DNA of 64,000 nt, taken from IMG/VR virus record IMGVR_UViG_3300026158_000083, positions 1 through 64,000 of that record; one strand, 5' to 3'. Each line of letters begins with the position of its first letter. Position 1 is the first letter of the stretch. The notes under the pieces are model-generated. The model made no database searches. It was not told the DNA's origin and worked only from the letters and a program-made list of their open reading frames with translations. Made by a program: the position numbers and the translations under genes. Positions 1-9,434 of the stretch are shown here, one piece after another. This stretch comes from a virus. Lineage: Duplodnaviria > Caudoviricetes.

Positions 1-528
1 GGGCAGGATCAGACGGTGCTTGCGCCGCGTTACGGCAATTGGATCGGACCACTGCAAAAATATGATGGCCGATTGACGACTACGGGCTATAGTGTAGTAC
101 AGTTGTTACTGCCATTGATGAAGCGTGGCGGAGTCGCTAACATCGACGTGATCGGCATTGGCTCAGCCGTTGTTGATGCCGCGAATGAACACAATTTAGA
201 GTTGGTTGGCCTGAACGTGTCGTCGCCTAGCCTAAAAACCGATAAGTCTGGTAAAATTCGCATGACGAACTTGCGCGCGTATCTGTACTGGAAATTACGC
301 GAAGCGCTTGATCCGGAGGGCGACATCTTGCTGGCCTTGCCGCCTGATCCGGAATTGTTGGGTGATCTACGCGCAACGAAGTGGACGACATCGACGCGCG
401 GCATCAAGATCATTGACAAGGATGAAATTCGGCAGCGACTGGGTCGTTCGCCTAACTGCGGCGACGCGGTCGCGCTGGCAATTTATGAACCTGAACCCTT
501 AGTCGGCGGCGTAGGACGCATCTTTTAG
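1..528 (+). CDS. terL: Terminase large subunit, C-terminal nuclease domain (5' partial)
   Basis: Frame is open from base 1 (GQDQTVLAPR). RNase H-like terminase motifs IDVIGIGSAVVD and LGRSPNCGDAVALA. Directly upstream of the portal. Confidence 0.9.
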   Translation, partial: GQDQTVLAPRYGNWIGPLQKYDGRLTTTGYSVVQLLLPLMKRGGVANIDVIGIGSAVVDAANEHNLELVGLNVSSPSLKTDKSGKIRMTNLRAYLYWKLREALDPEGDILLALPPDPELLGDLRATKWTTSTRGIKIIDKDEIRQRLGRSPNCGDAVALAIYEPEPLVGGVGRIF

Positions 529-536
529 GAGTCAGT

Positions 537-2141
537 ATGCCATCACTTTCGCAGCAACCCCGTTTATCCAACACGCAAGAAGCGATTCAGTATATCTTCA
601 CGCTGTGGGAGTCATCTACCGGCATGCCCGCGTGGAGCAGTCCCGGTCGCACGGCCAAGCTGCGCGAGTTTGCGCGTTCGGAGCCGATTCTGTCGGGTGC
701 GCTGGCGTCGATGACTTCTAAAGTGCTGTCGCTGGACTGGCAGATCGTTGGCGGTCGCAATCGTGTCAAGCAGTATCAGGAGTTGCTGGCCCACGCGGAA
801 GACGGCAAAGGCTGGCAGTCGATGTTGGGACGTTGGGTGCAAGACTATCTCAACACCGACATTGGTGGCTTCATCGAACTGGCGCGTCAAGGCAAAAATG
901 GCCCCGTTGTCGGTCTGTATCATCTTGACTCCGAGTGCGTCGGTTTGACCGGCGCGGTCAATTATCCTGTCGTGTATGTGCCTAAACTCACCAGCGGCAA
1001 GCTGAATAAGGCTGGCGGCATTCGTTTTCGACCGCTTGACTATGCGCGCATTGTCGATATGGAATCGCCGGACGAATCAAAATTCGGCTTGGGTTTTTGC
1101 GCGGTGAGTCGCGCTTACAAAGCCGCGCGTGTGCTGCTCGCGCTCTACAACTACGACGAAGAAAAGTTGGCCGACATGCCAATGCCAGGTCTGGTCACGA
1201 TCACGGGTATGACGATGCCGGAAGTAGAAGCCGCGTTTGCGCTCTATAACGCGCATCGCGAATCGCGCGAACAAGCTGTCTTCAAGGGCTTGCTCTGGCT
1301 GGCTTCACAGAGTTCGCCGCTGAATCCGATTGACGCCAAGCTGGTGTCGTTCGCCGGACTACCGGAAAACTTCGACCGCGAACAGACTTATTCGCTGTAT
1401 ATCTACACGCTCGCGCTAGACTTTGGCGTTGATGCGCGTGAATTCTGGCCCGCCACGCAATCCGGCGCGACTAAGGGCGAAGCTGAAGTGCAGGCGCAGA
1501 AGGCTAAAGGCAAGGGTTTCGGCCAATTGCTGACCAGCATCGAATACACGCTCAACTGGAACGTACTGCCGGAAGGCATTGAGTTCCGCTTTGATCGCCG
1601 TAACGATGACGATGATCTGGCGCGCGAAATCTGGCGCGGGCAAACGATCAACAATATTCGCAAGCTCTACGATCCGCCGCCAGGCAGCACGATGGGCTTG
1701 ATCGACATCGACGAAGCGCGCCGCCTGCTAGTTGATGCGCAAGTTGTGCCGGATTGGATTTCTGAAACCGATAGCATTACGCTGCACTCGCAAGATCGTA
1801 CCTTCCCAGAAGAAGCGCCCGAAAAAGTGCTGTCAGAAAAGCTGGCCGCGGAAGAAGCCCAGGCTAAGGCCGAAGCCGCTAAGGCAGCCGCGCAAATAAA
1901 ACAACCGTCCGAAGAAAACACGACGCAAATAGAACAAAAAGCCGCCCGTGCCGGACTTGAGCGCGGCGAAGATTTGGTAGCGATCAATTTATCAGGTGGC
2001 GTGCAAACGCTGTGGACCAGTCGTAAGACTTTCTTGCCGCCGCGTCGTGAACTTGACGCGCAGCGCGCCGCCGCAATTGCGCATTTGCAAGCTGCGGGCC
2101 TACTGATTACAGAAGGAGCTAAAAATGAGCCATCGGCATAA
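537..2141 (+). CDS. Portal protein
   Basis: 534 aa, follows terL, GGAG RBS. Size, position and motifs (WQIVGG, LDFGVDAREFWP, IEFRFD) fit portals. Confidence 0.85.
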   Translation: MPSLSQQPRLSNTQEAIQYIFTLWESSTGMPAWSSPGRTAKLREFARSEPILSGALASMTSKVLSLDWQIVGGRNRVKQYQELLAHAEDGKGWQSMLGRWVQDYLNTDIGGFIELARQGKNGPVVGLYHLDSECVGLTGAVNYPVVYVPKLTSGKLNKAGGIRFRPLDYARIVDMESPDESKFGLGFCAVSRAYKAARVLLALYNYDEEKLADMPMPGLVTITGMTMPEVEAAFALYNAHRESREQAVFKGLLWLASQSSPLNPIDAKLVSFAGLPENFDREQTYSLYIYTLALDFGVDAREFWPATQSGATKGEAEVQAQKAKGKGFGQLLTSIEYTLNWNVLPEGIEFRFDRRNDDDDLAREIWRGQTINNIRKLYDPPPGSTMGLIDIDEARRLLVDAQVVPDWISETDSITLHSQDRTFPEEAPEKVLSEKLAAEEAQAKAEAAKAAAQIKQPSEENTTQIEQKAARAGLERGEDLVAINLSGGVQTLWTSRKTFLPPRRELDAQRAAAIAHLQAAGLLITEGAKNEPSA

Positions 2142-2346
2142 TCACTGCTGCCATGCAAATCTCAAATACTGCGCGCATTGCAACGTAGTCTATTGCGTAG
2201 ACTGCGGCAAGGAATGGATGTCGCCGACTTATACCTACAACATGCAGCCTTCTTGGACCTACACCACATCCGATTCCATGCCTAGTAACGACGACTATAC
2301 GCTAAGAATCACCTGCGCACACGCGACTTGTCATGTACCCGAATAA
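2125..2346 (+). CDS. Small Cys/His-rich hypothetical protein
   Basis: HCCH-CAHC-CVDC pattern, GGAG RBS, overlaps the portal stop. Confidence 0.6.
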   Translation: MSHRHNHCCHANLKYCAHCNVVYCVDCGKEWMSPTYTYNMQPSWTYTTSDSMPSNDDYTLRITCAHATCHVPE

Positions 2347-2569
2347 AGTCGCGCGCATGCGCACGTTAGTCGAAATTGGTCTGCTGCCTGAAATCGCCCA
2401 AGCCATCGTTGAGGAAGCCGATCAAGTTGACGATCTGCTAACAGAAGTGCAGATGAACGCCACAGCTTTCGTAAACGATTCAGATCGCGAACGCGCGCGC
2501 ACTTTTGTCCTCTATTCATCCATCGTGCCAGATCGCATCAGGCGCATGTTCGATGCGCTGAGCGTTTGA
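2333..2569 (+). CDS. Hypothetical protein
   Basis: 78-aa ORF overlapping the previous gene. Confidence 0.55.
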   Translation: MYPNKVARMRTLVEIGLLPEIAQAIVEEADQVDDLLTEVQMNATAFVNDSDRERARTFVLYSSIVPDRIRRMFDALSV

Positions 2570-2570
2570 G

Positions 2571-2786
2571 ATGGCGTCTAAATTCGCGGTCTGTAAACAT
2601 GCAGCTAGCGCGCCTCACGGTTGCGGTTTGGTTGCGGCGCAAGTCAGCGGCTACGAAGATGATGGTAAGCCTATCATTTGGCGCTGCAACTTTTGCGATT
2701 GCGAGAAGCTAAAAGCAACTAGCGGAAGCGAAGGTTCTGAAGCTGAGCAAAGTGCCCCCTGTTACGGGGGCACAACTAGCGTTTAG
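2571..2786 (+). CDS. Small Cys-containing hypothetical protein
   Basis: 71 aa, abuts the previous stop, CNFCDC motif. Confidence 0.55.
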   Translation: MASKFAVCKHAASAPHGCGLVAAQVSGYEDDGKPIIWRCNFCDCEKLKATSGSEGSEAEQSAPCYGGTTSV

Positions 2787-3049
2787 CGATAGGACTTTGC
2801 TTCGCTCGTTTACGCGCTTACGTTTTGCCGACCCAGGTGGTTGAATTTACTCGGCGACATTTTTGATGTTCTTTCAGCGCGGCCACACACCGACGGGGGA
2901 CGGCTTGTAGACCGTCAATCTGGATTTGTCCTTGTGGGACGACCATGCAGGGCCAACTACTTACCAGCTACGCTGGCGGACTGAGCCTCTTGTCCAATTG
3001 AGTAGTTATGTGACGTTCGCGCTCTGCATATTGCGAACCTTGTTAACGC

Positions 3050-3082
3050 AAAAAGTCTGGCTCACGCCAGACTTTTATATTT
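3050..3082. terminator. Bidirectional intrinsic terminator
   Basis: AAAAGTCTGG (3051-3060), loop CTCACG, CCAGACTTTT (3067-3076); T-tracts on both strands between convergent units. Confidence 0.85.
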
Positions 3083-3281
3083 TACGCTGCCAGCCGACTA
3101 GCTTTTCGCTATCAGCTAACGTATTAACCTGTTCTGTTACGGTAAAGCACTCGCTGCACTGCCACCAGTAAGCGATGGGAATTTGCATCGTAGGTTCGAT
3201 CTGCCGACAGAGCGTTAGGTATGCTTCGCCGCAGGTCGGGCAGACGGCTATCTCTACGTTGGAAGGTTGCTTTTTCAGCAT
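3075..3281 (-). CDS. Small zinc-ribbon protein
   Basis: CPTC and CSEC pairs; GGAG RBS; ends at the terminator. Confidence 0.6.
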   Translation of the reverse strand: MLKKQPSNVEIAVCPTCGEAYLTLCRQIEPTMQIPIAYWWQCSECFTVTEQVNTLADSEKLVGWQRKI

Positions 3282-3317
3282 GACAATAAAAGACTCCTGT
3301 GCTAAGGCCGGGACCGA

Positions 3318-4130
3318 TTAGTTAGCAAGTGATATTGTTGCGCGCTTTATTATGATATCCTCTATGCAGCATATCAGAGATACAAACTTTTCGCGTCGCG
3401 CTTTAAGTTCAAATTCAACTTCAAGTCGTGCGTCTGGATTGTCGTAAATCGATATACGCTTTTTGACGCGAGAAAAACTTTTAGCAGCTTGAATTTGTAT
3501 CTTTCTATTACGATGCGTCAACTGTTTTTCTAAAAGTTCTAACAATTTTACATCCTGTTCGCGCGTGATATCCCAATGTTTTACCCGCTCTAGGGTGCAG
3601 TCAATTTGCTTGATTATTGGTAGATAGCGCTCACGCCGTAATCGTAATTCAGCGATGTTGCAATTCCAAATTTCAGGGTAAGTCGTTTTTTCTCTGAGTA
3701 TAAGCTGATCCGGTGAAATATCATCTCGTTCAATAAAAACTTCTTTGCTCGGCTTATCTGATAAGTTGTTTTTTATTTCGCTAAAAAACAACTCGGCCTC
3801 ATCCGACGAGGCTATTTCATATAGTTTTATCCCTCTTAGTTGACACGTTTCACGCTTGAAGCGATCACGACGTAGACGACTTACGAAGTTTGCCTGATTC
3901 CCGTGAAAGAACGGCACATATATATAATGCTGAGCACCTTGTATCTCAACGGCTAAATCAAGCGATTGAACGTAAAAGTCTAATTCTAGTCGTTCTCCTT
4001 CTGATGTTATTAACCAATCTGGACGGCAATTCTCGCGCGGTTCGTATTCGATGAGATTGCTATAAATCCAATTGCTAACATACCGTTGTAGTTGCGATGT
4101 TGACATCCAATACTCCAGTTTGTGAAACAT
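3318..4130 (-). CDS. PD-(D/E)xK / DUF559-like (Vsr-fold) endonuclease, free-standing
   Basis: RPDWL-LELDFY-LAVEIQGAQHY-RDRFKR-GIKLYEI motif series. AT-rich and opposite in orientation to the head genes. Confidence 0.75.
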   Translation of the reverse strand: MFHKLEYWMSTSQLQRYVSNWIYSNLIEYEPRENCRPDWLITSEGERLELDFYVQSLDLAVEIQGAQHYIYVPFFHGNQANFVSRLRRDRFKRETCQLRGIKLYEIASSDEAELFFSEIKNNLSDKPSKEVFIERDDISPDQLILREKTTYPEIWNCNIAELRLRRERYLPIIKQIDCTLERVKHWDITREQDVKLLELLEKQLTHRNRKIQIQAAKSFSRVKKRISIYDNPDARLEVEFELKARREKFVSLICCIEDIIIKRATISLAN

Positions 4131-4215
4131 ATGTAATCGTATACTGTAATGACCGCGTTGTAAATGATCTGGATCATATCAATATAATTTTCACAATATG
4201 ATATAGATCATATTG
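4131..4215 (-). promoter_or_regulatory. Leftward sigma70-like promoter with palindromic operator candidates
   Basis: TTTACA (4164-4159), 17 bp, TACGAT (4141-4136), ATG 5 nt later with no RBS. Palindromes ATGATC-TG-GATCAT (4164-4177) and CAATATGAT-ATAG-ATCATATTG (4194-4215). Confidence 0.55.
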
Positions 4216-4259
4216 CTACAGCTTTCACAAGTCGCCATAAACGCACATCGGTTTACGTA

Positions 4260-4289
4260 TTGACCATTTGCCGCACTTGCGCTTACAAT
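4260..4289 (+). promoter_or_regulatory. Rightward sigma70-like promoter
   Basis: TTGACC, 18 bp, TACAAT, upstream of the holin-like and head genes. Confidence 0.5.
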
Positions 4290-4469
4290 AACGGCGCAGC
4301 CTGTTATGGCTGTTGTACTGCGCGTTGGGGCGTGCCGAGGTATTGTGTGGTGTACCGTTATGAGGCACTGGGGACCGCTTGGTGAAGGCACCTCCTACGA
4401 GCGTGTGGCTGGATGGCTGCCAACTTGGGGCCAGCGCCCCAACGCATATCTTCATAATGGAGGTTAGAA

Positions 4470-4829
4470 GTGGCTGAGTTTGCAACCGCGCTGTTTCTGG
4501 CAGTAGTTGTTAAGGCAATTCTGGACTACGTAGCCGAACCCCTGCGTACTAAGTTTCCGACACTTGATTTGTGGTGGTTCAACTATGTCGCGTTGGTGCT
4601 TGGCGCGCTGGTCAGTTGGCTGGCTGATTTGAATCTGTTTGTTGATTTCGTCGCTACTCCCTGGCTCGGCAAACTGCTTACGGCAATTCTGGTGGGCGGT
4701 GGCGCAAAGCTTTTGAACGACGTATTCTCCAACGCTCCTAATCGGGCGACTGCGACGCCGCTGCGCGAGATGCGCGGCACTGAATCCGTGCCGGTAGTCA
4801 AGATCAAAGAACGCAACAAAGGCTGGTAA
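4470..4829 (+). CDS. Holin-like membrane protein
   Basis: 119 aa, about three hydrophobic helices, basic C-terminus, GGAGG RBS. Confidence 0.6.
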   Translation: MAEFATALFLAVVVKAILDYVAEPLRTKFPTLDLWWFNYVALVLGALVSWLADLNLFVDFVATPWLGKLLTAILVGGGAKLLNDVFSNAPNRATATPLREMRGTESVPVVKIKERNKGW

Positions 4830-4831
4830 CA

Positions 4832-5476
4832 GTGGCAGATTTACCGAACTATGTCTGGGACACATCGGCTAAAGGCGGGCGTTATCGCACGCTGCTTGCT
4901 GATGGCCGCTTAGGTCGGTTTGTCGCTAACGAATTTATGGCTGACGCGCTGCGCGAGATGGCGACGAACGGTGAAGAAGCGCTGTTTCAGCTGGCTCGCG
5001 CAGTACGTGATGGTGTATTGAAACCCGTTGAAGTTCAACTGGCCTCGCAAATCGTCCTCAAAGACCTCTATAATGCCTTTACCGCACTGGCATACGGCGG
5101 CTGGTCGAATGTGCCTTTCGCCGCCTGGGGTCGTAACGGTCAAATCCTGCGCTACGAATACGCCTACTGGCGCGATTTTATGCGCGAAATTATGGCTGAC
5201 GGCGCAACCTGGACCGATAAGGCGCTGCGTGCGCGCGTCGCGCTGTACGTCGGTAAGGCTTTTTCGCGCTATTGGACCGAAGATCGCCTACAGAAGCTCA
5301 GTGATCTTGATTTCGCAGAAGAACGCTGGTACGATGTAGGCGATGAAGTCGAATGTAGCGACTGTCCCGCGCTAGCCGCTATGGGTTGGGTGCCATTAGG
5401 CACGATCAAAACTGTGCCAGGTGCTGGCGCTACCGAATGTCTCGGTAACTGTCGCTGTCGTATGAGTTATAGGTGA
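4832..5476 (+). CDS. Minor head morphogenesis protein (Mu gpF / SPP1 gp7-like)
   Basis: C-terminal CSDC-PG-ECLGNCRC motif typical of this family. Confidence 0.75.
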   Translation: MADLPNYVWDTSAKGGRYRTLLADGRLGRFVANEFMADALREMATNGEEALFQLARAVRDGVLKPVEVQLASQIVLKDLYNAFTALAYGGWSNVPFAAWGRNGQILRYEYAYWRDFMREIMADGATWTDKALRARVALYVGKAFSRYWTEDRLQKLSDLDFAEERWYDVGDEVECSDCPALAAMGWVPLGTIKTVPGAGATECLGNCRCRMSYR

Positions 5477-5479
5477 TAT

Positions 5480-6142
5480 ATGGCTACGCGCGGTTTGGTA
5501 ATTAATCGTTGGGTAAACACTATCCCGATTAAACAATTAGAAGCTAAGCAAGCAAAAATTATGCTACGCTACGCTACCGAAGTTAAAGAAGAAGCGCAAA
5601 GATTAGCCGTAAAACGTGTTCCGGATAGTATGGCTAAAGGCGTGAAAACTCGCAGACTTGTTAGCGCTATCAAAATCGACGGTCCTTATGAGGAGAATAG
5701 AACCACTAGAATTGGTATCTATGTTGACGAAGATGAGACGATAGCTGAAAGAGATGAAACGGGATCGTCTTACGCGAAGTTTCAAGAATTTGGTACAGGT
5801 ATGCACGGTCCTAAGGGTCACATGATTGTGCCCAAAAAGCGCAAATGGATGGTTTGGGATCAACCAAATTATCCATATCGCGGTAAAAGAGACAAAGTTA
5901 TCGCGCGTTTGACTTCGTTTAAGACGGTCAGACGTAAGGGTAGAACGCACAAAGAAAACAGAGTGTATACTATTTTCGCGCGCGAATTGAAAGGTGTTAG
6001 ACCAAAACTTTATATGAGAGGCGCGCGTCAAAATAAAATCATTAAGTCTAAATACGAACGCGAGCTAGCCTCACTTTACAGAACTCAAATAGTCAGTCTT
6101 GTTAGTGTAACGTCTAGCGCGCTACGAGCTTTTATGCGCTAA
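5480..6142 (+). CDS. HK97 gp10-like neck/tail completion protein
   Basis: YAKFQEFGTG motif and PKLYMRGA C-terminal segment; basic protein. Confidence 0.7.
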   Translation: MATRGLVINRWVNTIPIKQLEAKQAKIMLRYATEVKEEAQRLAVKRVPDSMAKGVKTRRLVSAIKIDGPYEENRTTRIGIYVDEDETIAERDETGSSYAKFQEFGTGMHGPKGHMIVPKKRKWMVWDQPNYPYRGKRDKVIARLTSFKTVRRKGRTHKENRVYTIFARELKGVRPKLYMRGARQNKIIKSKYERELASLYRTQIVSLVSVTSSALRAFMR

Positions 6143-6158
6143 TAAAGGAGAAATAATC

Positions 6159-6245
6159 ATGCCACCTACTACTCCGGTTCTTTTGTATTTCGATATTCAC
6201 GTCGAAATTGACAGTCTTGGCAGTAGTCAAGAATATATCAAATGA
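6159..6245 (+). CDS. 28-aa micro-ORF upstream of, and in frame with, the protease/scaffold gene
   Basis: AAGGAG RBS; MPPTTPVLLYFDIHVEIDSLGSSQEYIK then TGA, which is part of the next RBS (TGAGGT). Confidence 0.5.
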   Translation: MPPTTPVLLYFDIHVEIDSLGSSQEYIK

Positions 6246-6254
6246 GGTAAAATT

Positions 6255-7964
6255 GTGCCGTATCTAGGCATATCCGATCCTAATTTGCCGATTAGCGTGC
6301 AAAAGCTGCCCAAAGCCTTGCGCGAATTATGGGTTCGGGTGTTTAATGAGAATTACGATGCCGCAGATGAGGGCAAGACATTCAAGATTGCCTGGGGCGT
6401 AGTGCGAAAAATTCAGACGGCACAAAAGGCACGCGAAATGGTTCCGATTGATTTGGATGATGTGCGACCGTGGCTGCTAGGCGAAAAGGCTACTAAGACT
6501 GATGGCGGTCGCAAGTTCAGCAGTTCGGCGTATCTGTTTGTGCCGGATGCTGAGAAGCCGTCAACCTGGAAGATTCGCATCGAAGAAACTCCCGGCAATG
6601 TCACTGTCACGCAGCTTGGTCGCGCGGCGGCTGCGCTGAGTAATGGTGGTTTTAGAGGCAATCCAACGCAAGACATTTCTGATGAACGCAGTGCAATGGC
6701 TAAGAAGCTGATTGGACTTTATCGCAAGCACGACGTTGCTGATGCTGATATTCCGGATTATTTGTTTGACATCGCCGGTGTCAAGCCGCGCGGTGAAAAA
6801 GCGTGGGCCTTTGCGCCGAGCACTAGCTTCAAGGCTTATCAGCAACCTGATGGCCGCACGCGCTGGTCTTTGATTACTAGCGGTGCATTTGAAGATCGCG
6901 ATGGTGAAATTCTTTCGCACGCTTATCTGGCAGATGCGCTAGAATATGCCGAAGCCAGCGGCCATCGTGGCACATTGAATTTTTGGCATGTTAAGAACTC
7001 CGATATTGGCGTCTGCGATTTTCAGATGCTGATGGGACAGCCAGGATTGCTATTTGAGACAGGCTTATTCGATGACACACCCGCGGGGCGTAAGGCGGCA
7101 GCGTATTACACCGACCACGCTCCTGAAACTGGGGCAAGTCTTGAATTTCTATGGATCGACCGAACGCCAGATGGCGTTTATAATCCACCTGGCGTTATAG
7201 TCAGACGTAGCCTGCTTCCGCGCTCGGCTGCGGCCTTTCCCTGGTCGATCTTTTCATCTAAGGAGTCACTGATGGCTAAAAATAAATCAGAACAAGTTGC
7301 CGAATTGGCTAAAGTTCTTGATATCGGAGAAGATGAGGCCGCTAAGATGGTCGCGCATCTCGAATCAGGTGCTAAGTCTTTGGCCGATTACGGTGTCAAC
7401 TGGAAAGAAGTATCATCGGAAAGCGCAGACACCGCGTCTGTCGTAACCGATGACGTGGCAACAGATGCTCAACCGCCCGCGCTGGATGAGGAAACTGTGG
7501 TCACTGAAACTGTAGTTGCCGAAACCGTTGAGGAGTCCGCTGAGACGACTGTTGAAACAGAGGCAATTGCAGAGGAACCCGTTGCCGCGCCAGCAGCAGC
7601 GCCGGAAGCAGTTGAGGTTGTCTTTACGCCGGAGACCATTTCAGCATTGGCTGAACAGGTAATGGCTACGGTGGAAGGCAAGCTTACTGAACTGCGCACA
7701 GCATTGGCAGATATGGCGAAATCACTCACCGATTTGGCACAAGGTGCTCAGCAAACTGAACTGGCTATGACGGAGATCAAGTCTCATGTCAAGTCACTTC
7801 AGGAATCTGATGAAGCCAAGATCAGCGCTGCGGTCAAAAATCTGCCGCGCGCGACGGTCAAAAGCATGCAGATGCCCGAACGTCCGTCGCAGCGTCAGCC
7901 TGATCCTGAGCTGGCTAAAGACGAGTCAATGCTGGCAAAAGCCAAAGCTACACTCTACGGTTAA
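6255..7964 (+). CDS. ChaB-like domain + prohead protease + scaffold fusion
   Basis: N-terminal LPKALRELWVRVFNENY-AWGVV resembles ChaB. Central AFEDRDGEIL-LNFWH is protease-like. Acidic coiled-coil C-terminus. Directly upstream of the capsid gene. Confidence 0.7.
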   Translation: MPYLGISDPNLPISVQKLPKALRELWVRVFNENYDAADEGKTFKIAWGVVRKIQTAQKAREMVPIDLDDVRPWLLGEKATKTDGGRKFSSSAYLFVPDAEKPSTWKIRIEETPGNVTVTQLGRAAAALSNGGFRGNPTQDISDERSAMAKKLIGLYRKHDVADADIPDYLFDIAGVKPRGEKAWAFAPSTSFKAYQQPDGRTRWSLITSGAFEDRDGEILSHAYLADALEYAEASGHRGTLNFWHVKNSDIGVCDFQMLMGQPGLLFETGLFDDTPAGRKAAAYYTDHAPETGASLEFLWIDRTPDGVYNPPGVIVRRSLLPRSAAAFPWSIFSSKESLMAKNKSEQVAELAKVLDIGEDEAAKMVAHLESGAKSLADYGVNWKEVSSESADTASVVTDDVATDAQPPALDEETVVTETVVAETVEESAETTVETEAIAEEPVAAPAAAPEAVEVVFTPETISALAEQVMATVEGKLTELRTALADMAKSLTDLAQGAQQTELAMTEIKSHVKSLQESDEAKISAAVKNLPRATVKSMQMPERPSQRQPDPELAKDESMLAKAKATLYG

Positions 7965-7991
7965 GCGAAACATTTCGCTAGGAGCATTACT

Positions 7992-9395
7992 ATGGGTCTG
8001 CAAATTGATTCCGACCTGCTGATGAAGGCGTTGATGAATCTTGCTGTGAGCAGCAATGTCAATACGCCAGTCTTCGGTCGCAAAGAGTCTTCACTTACCG
8101 AATCGACCTTGGCGTCTATCAACGGCTGCTGCGGTCTGTTCGATCCGTGTGGCGACAACGATCTTCTGGCGTTTACGCTGGAAGGCGAAAAGTTGCTGGA
8201 CTGGATTGGCTGGAAGGCCAATAACGAATGCCGTCAGTTCGTCAAGCTGCTGTCCTACGTTGGACCCGCCGATACTTCAGTCGGTCGCGAGGCTAACGGC
8301 GCGATTGCGGCTTGTGCCGATGCGCCGGGTGTTGAATTCGGCACCTGCGAAGTGCTGCTGCCTGATAAGGGCCGCATTGCCCGCGCGGGTCCGGTGCGTG
8401 ATCTTACCGAGAACAATCGGCGTGTTTGCGATGAGTGGCCGGTATTCACCAAGCAGGGCGAACAGATCAACGATGAGTTGCTGTGGTCGCTGACCTTGGC
8501 CGGTATCGCGCTCAAACAGGACTTGAAGCGCATGGTCATCAATGGTAACGCGAGCAACACCGGCGAGTTCGCCGGACTGGAAGCGCTGGTCAATACCGGC
8601 TACGCTGATTACCGTTTCGGTCACGCTTGTTCGGCAATGGACTCGACCGTGATCGATTGGAACGATGCAGCCATTAGCGCAGTTGGCCCTAATGGCGTGC
8701 ATTATCTGGTTGATTACATCATCGACATCGTGCGTCGAATTCGCACGCGCGCTGCGTGGGCCAATCTTGGCGGCATCGGCGCTGGCGACATGATTTTGAC
8801 CATGCCAGCTTATCTGCGCGACGCCCTGCTGGATACGTTCACTTTCTGGACGATTCAGTCCGGTGCGCAGTATAACGAAGTCAACTTCTCTAACTATGAA
8901 ACGCGCACGTTCCGCAATAGCTTGAATGGTGGCGTTTATGGCGACGGTCAGATTTTCGTTGACGGCACCGCGATTCCGATTATCACTTACGATTGGCACT
9001 CGATGGGTCAGGTAGCTCCGTACTTCACCGGCGATATCTACGTGCTGACGCGTCGCATCGGCAACATGCCGGTGCTGTGGGGCCAGTACATCGACATGCG
9101 TGATCCAGCCAATGCCTTCGCTAATCAGGCGGGCTATGCACATTATCGCTCTACTGATGGCGGAAAGTTCTTGACCTACTGGAAGACCGACAATACTTGT
9201 ACCGAGGCCACGGTTCTGATGCGGCCTAATCTGTATCTGTCAGCTCCGTGGGCTTGCGCTCGTATTATGGATGTGGCTGCGCATCGGCCTCTGAATCCGA
9301 TCAGCCCTGATCCGACTTCCAGCTACTTCGTTGAAGGTACGCTGACTCCGGCAGCTTGTCCAGAAGATTATCTGGTAACGAGCATGGTTAGCTAA
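7992..9395 (+). CDS. Major capsid protein
   Basis: 467 aa after the scaffold, GGAG RBS, followed by a terminator. GEFAGLEALV matches the HK97-fold eF.Gl motif. Confidence 0.8.
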   Translation: MGLQIDSDLLMKALMNLAVSSNVNTPVFGRKESSLTESTLASINGCCGLFDPCGDNDLLAFTLEGEKLLDWIGWKANNECRQFVKLLSYVGPADTSVGREANGAIAACADAPGVEFGTCEVLLPDKGRIARAGPVRDLTENNRRVCDEWPVFTKQGEQINDELLWSLTLAGIALKQDLKRMVINGNASNTGEFAGLEALVNTGYADYRFGHACSAMDSTVIDWNDAAISAVGPNGVHYLVDYIIDIVRRIRTRAAWANLGGIGAGDMILTMPAYLRDALLDTFTFWTIQSGAQYNEVNFSNYETRTFRNSLNGGVYGDGQIFVDGTAIPIITYDWHSMGQVAPYFTGDIYVLTRRIGNMPVLWGQYIDMRDPANAFANQAGYAHYRSTDGGKFLTYWKTDNTCTEATVLMRPNLYLSAPWACARIMDVAAHRPLNPISPDPTSSYFVEGTLTPAACPEDYLVTSMVS

Positions 9396-9400
9396 ATGCT

Positions 9401-9431
9401 AAAGGGGACGGCTGCAAGGTCGCCCCCTTTT
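9401..9431 (+). terminator. Intrinsic terminator after the capsid gene
   Basis: GGGG-A-CGGC / GTCG-C-CCCC stem followed by TTTT. Confidence 0.7.
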
Positions 9432-9434
9432 ACT

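Noticed and set aside
2899-2916. Hairpin resembling a tRNA-Tyr anticodon arm (loop CTTGTAGA)
   Set aside because: The loop is 8 nt, and there is no D arm, T arm or acceptor stem.
2926-3171. 81-aa + strand ORF
   Set aside because: TTG start without an RBS; it runs through the terminator and overlaps a better - strand gene.
8277-9143. 288-aa antisense ORF, and similar shadow ORFs elsewhere
   Set aside because: It lies fully antisense to the capsid gene, which is expected from codon bias, and shows no motifs or RBS.
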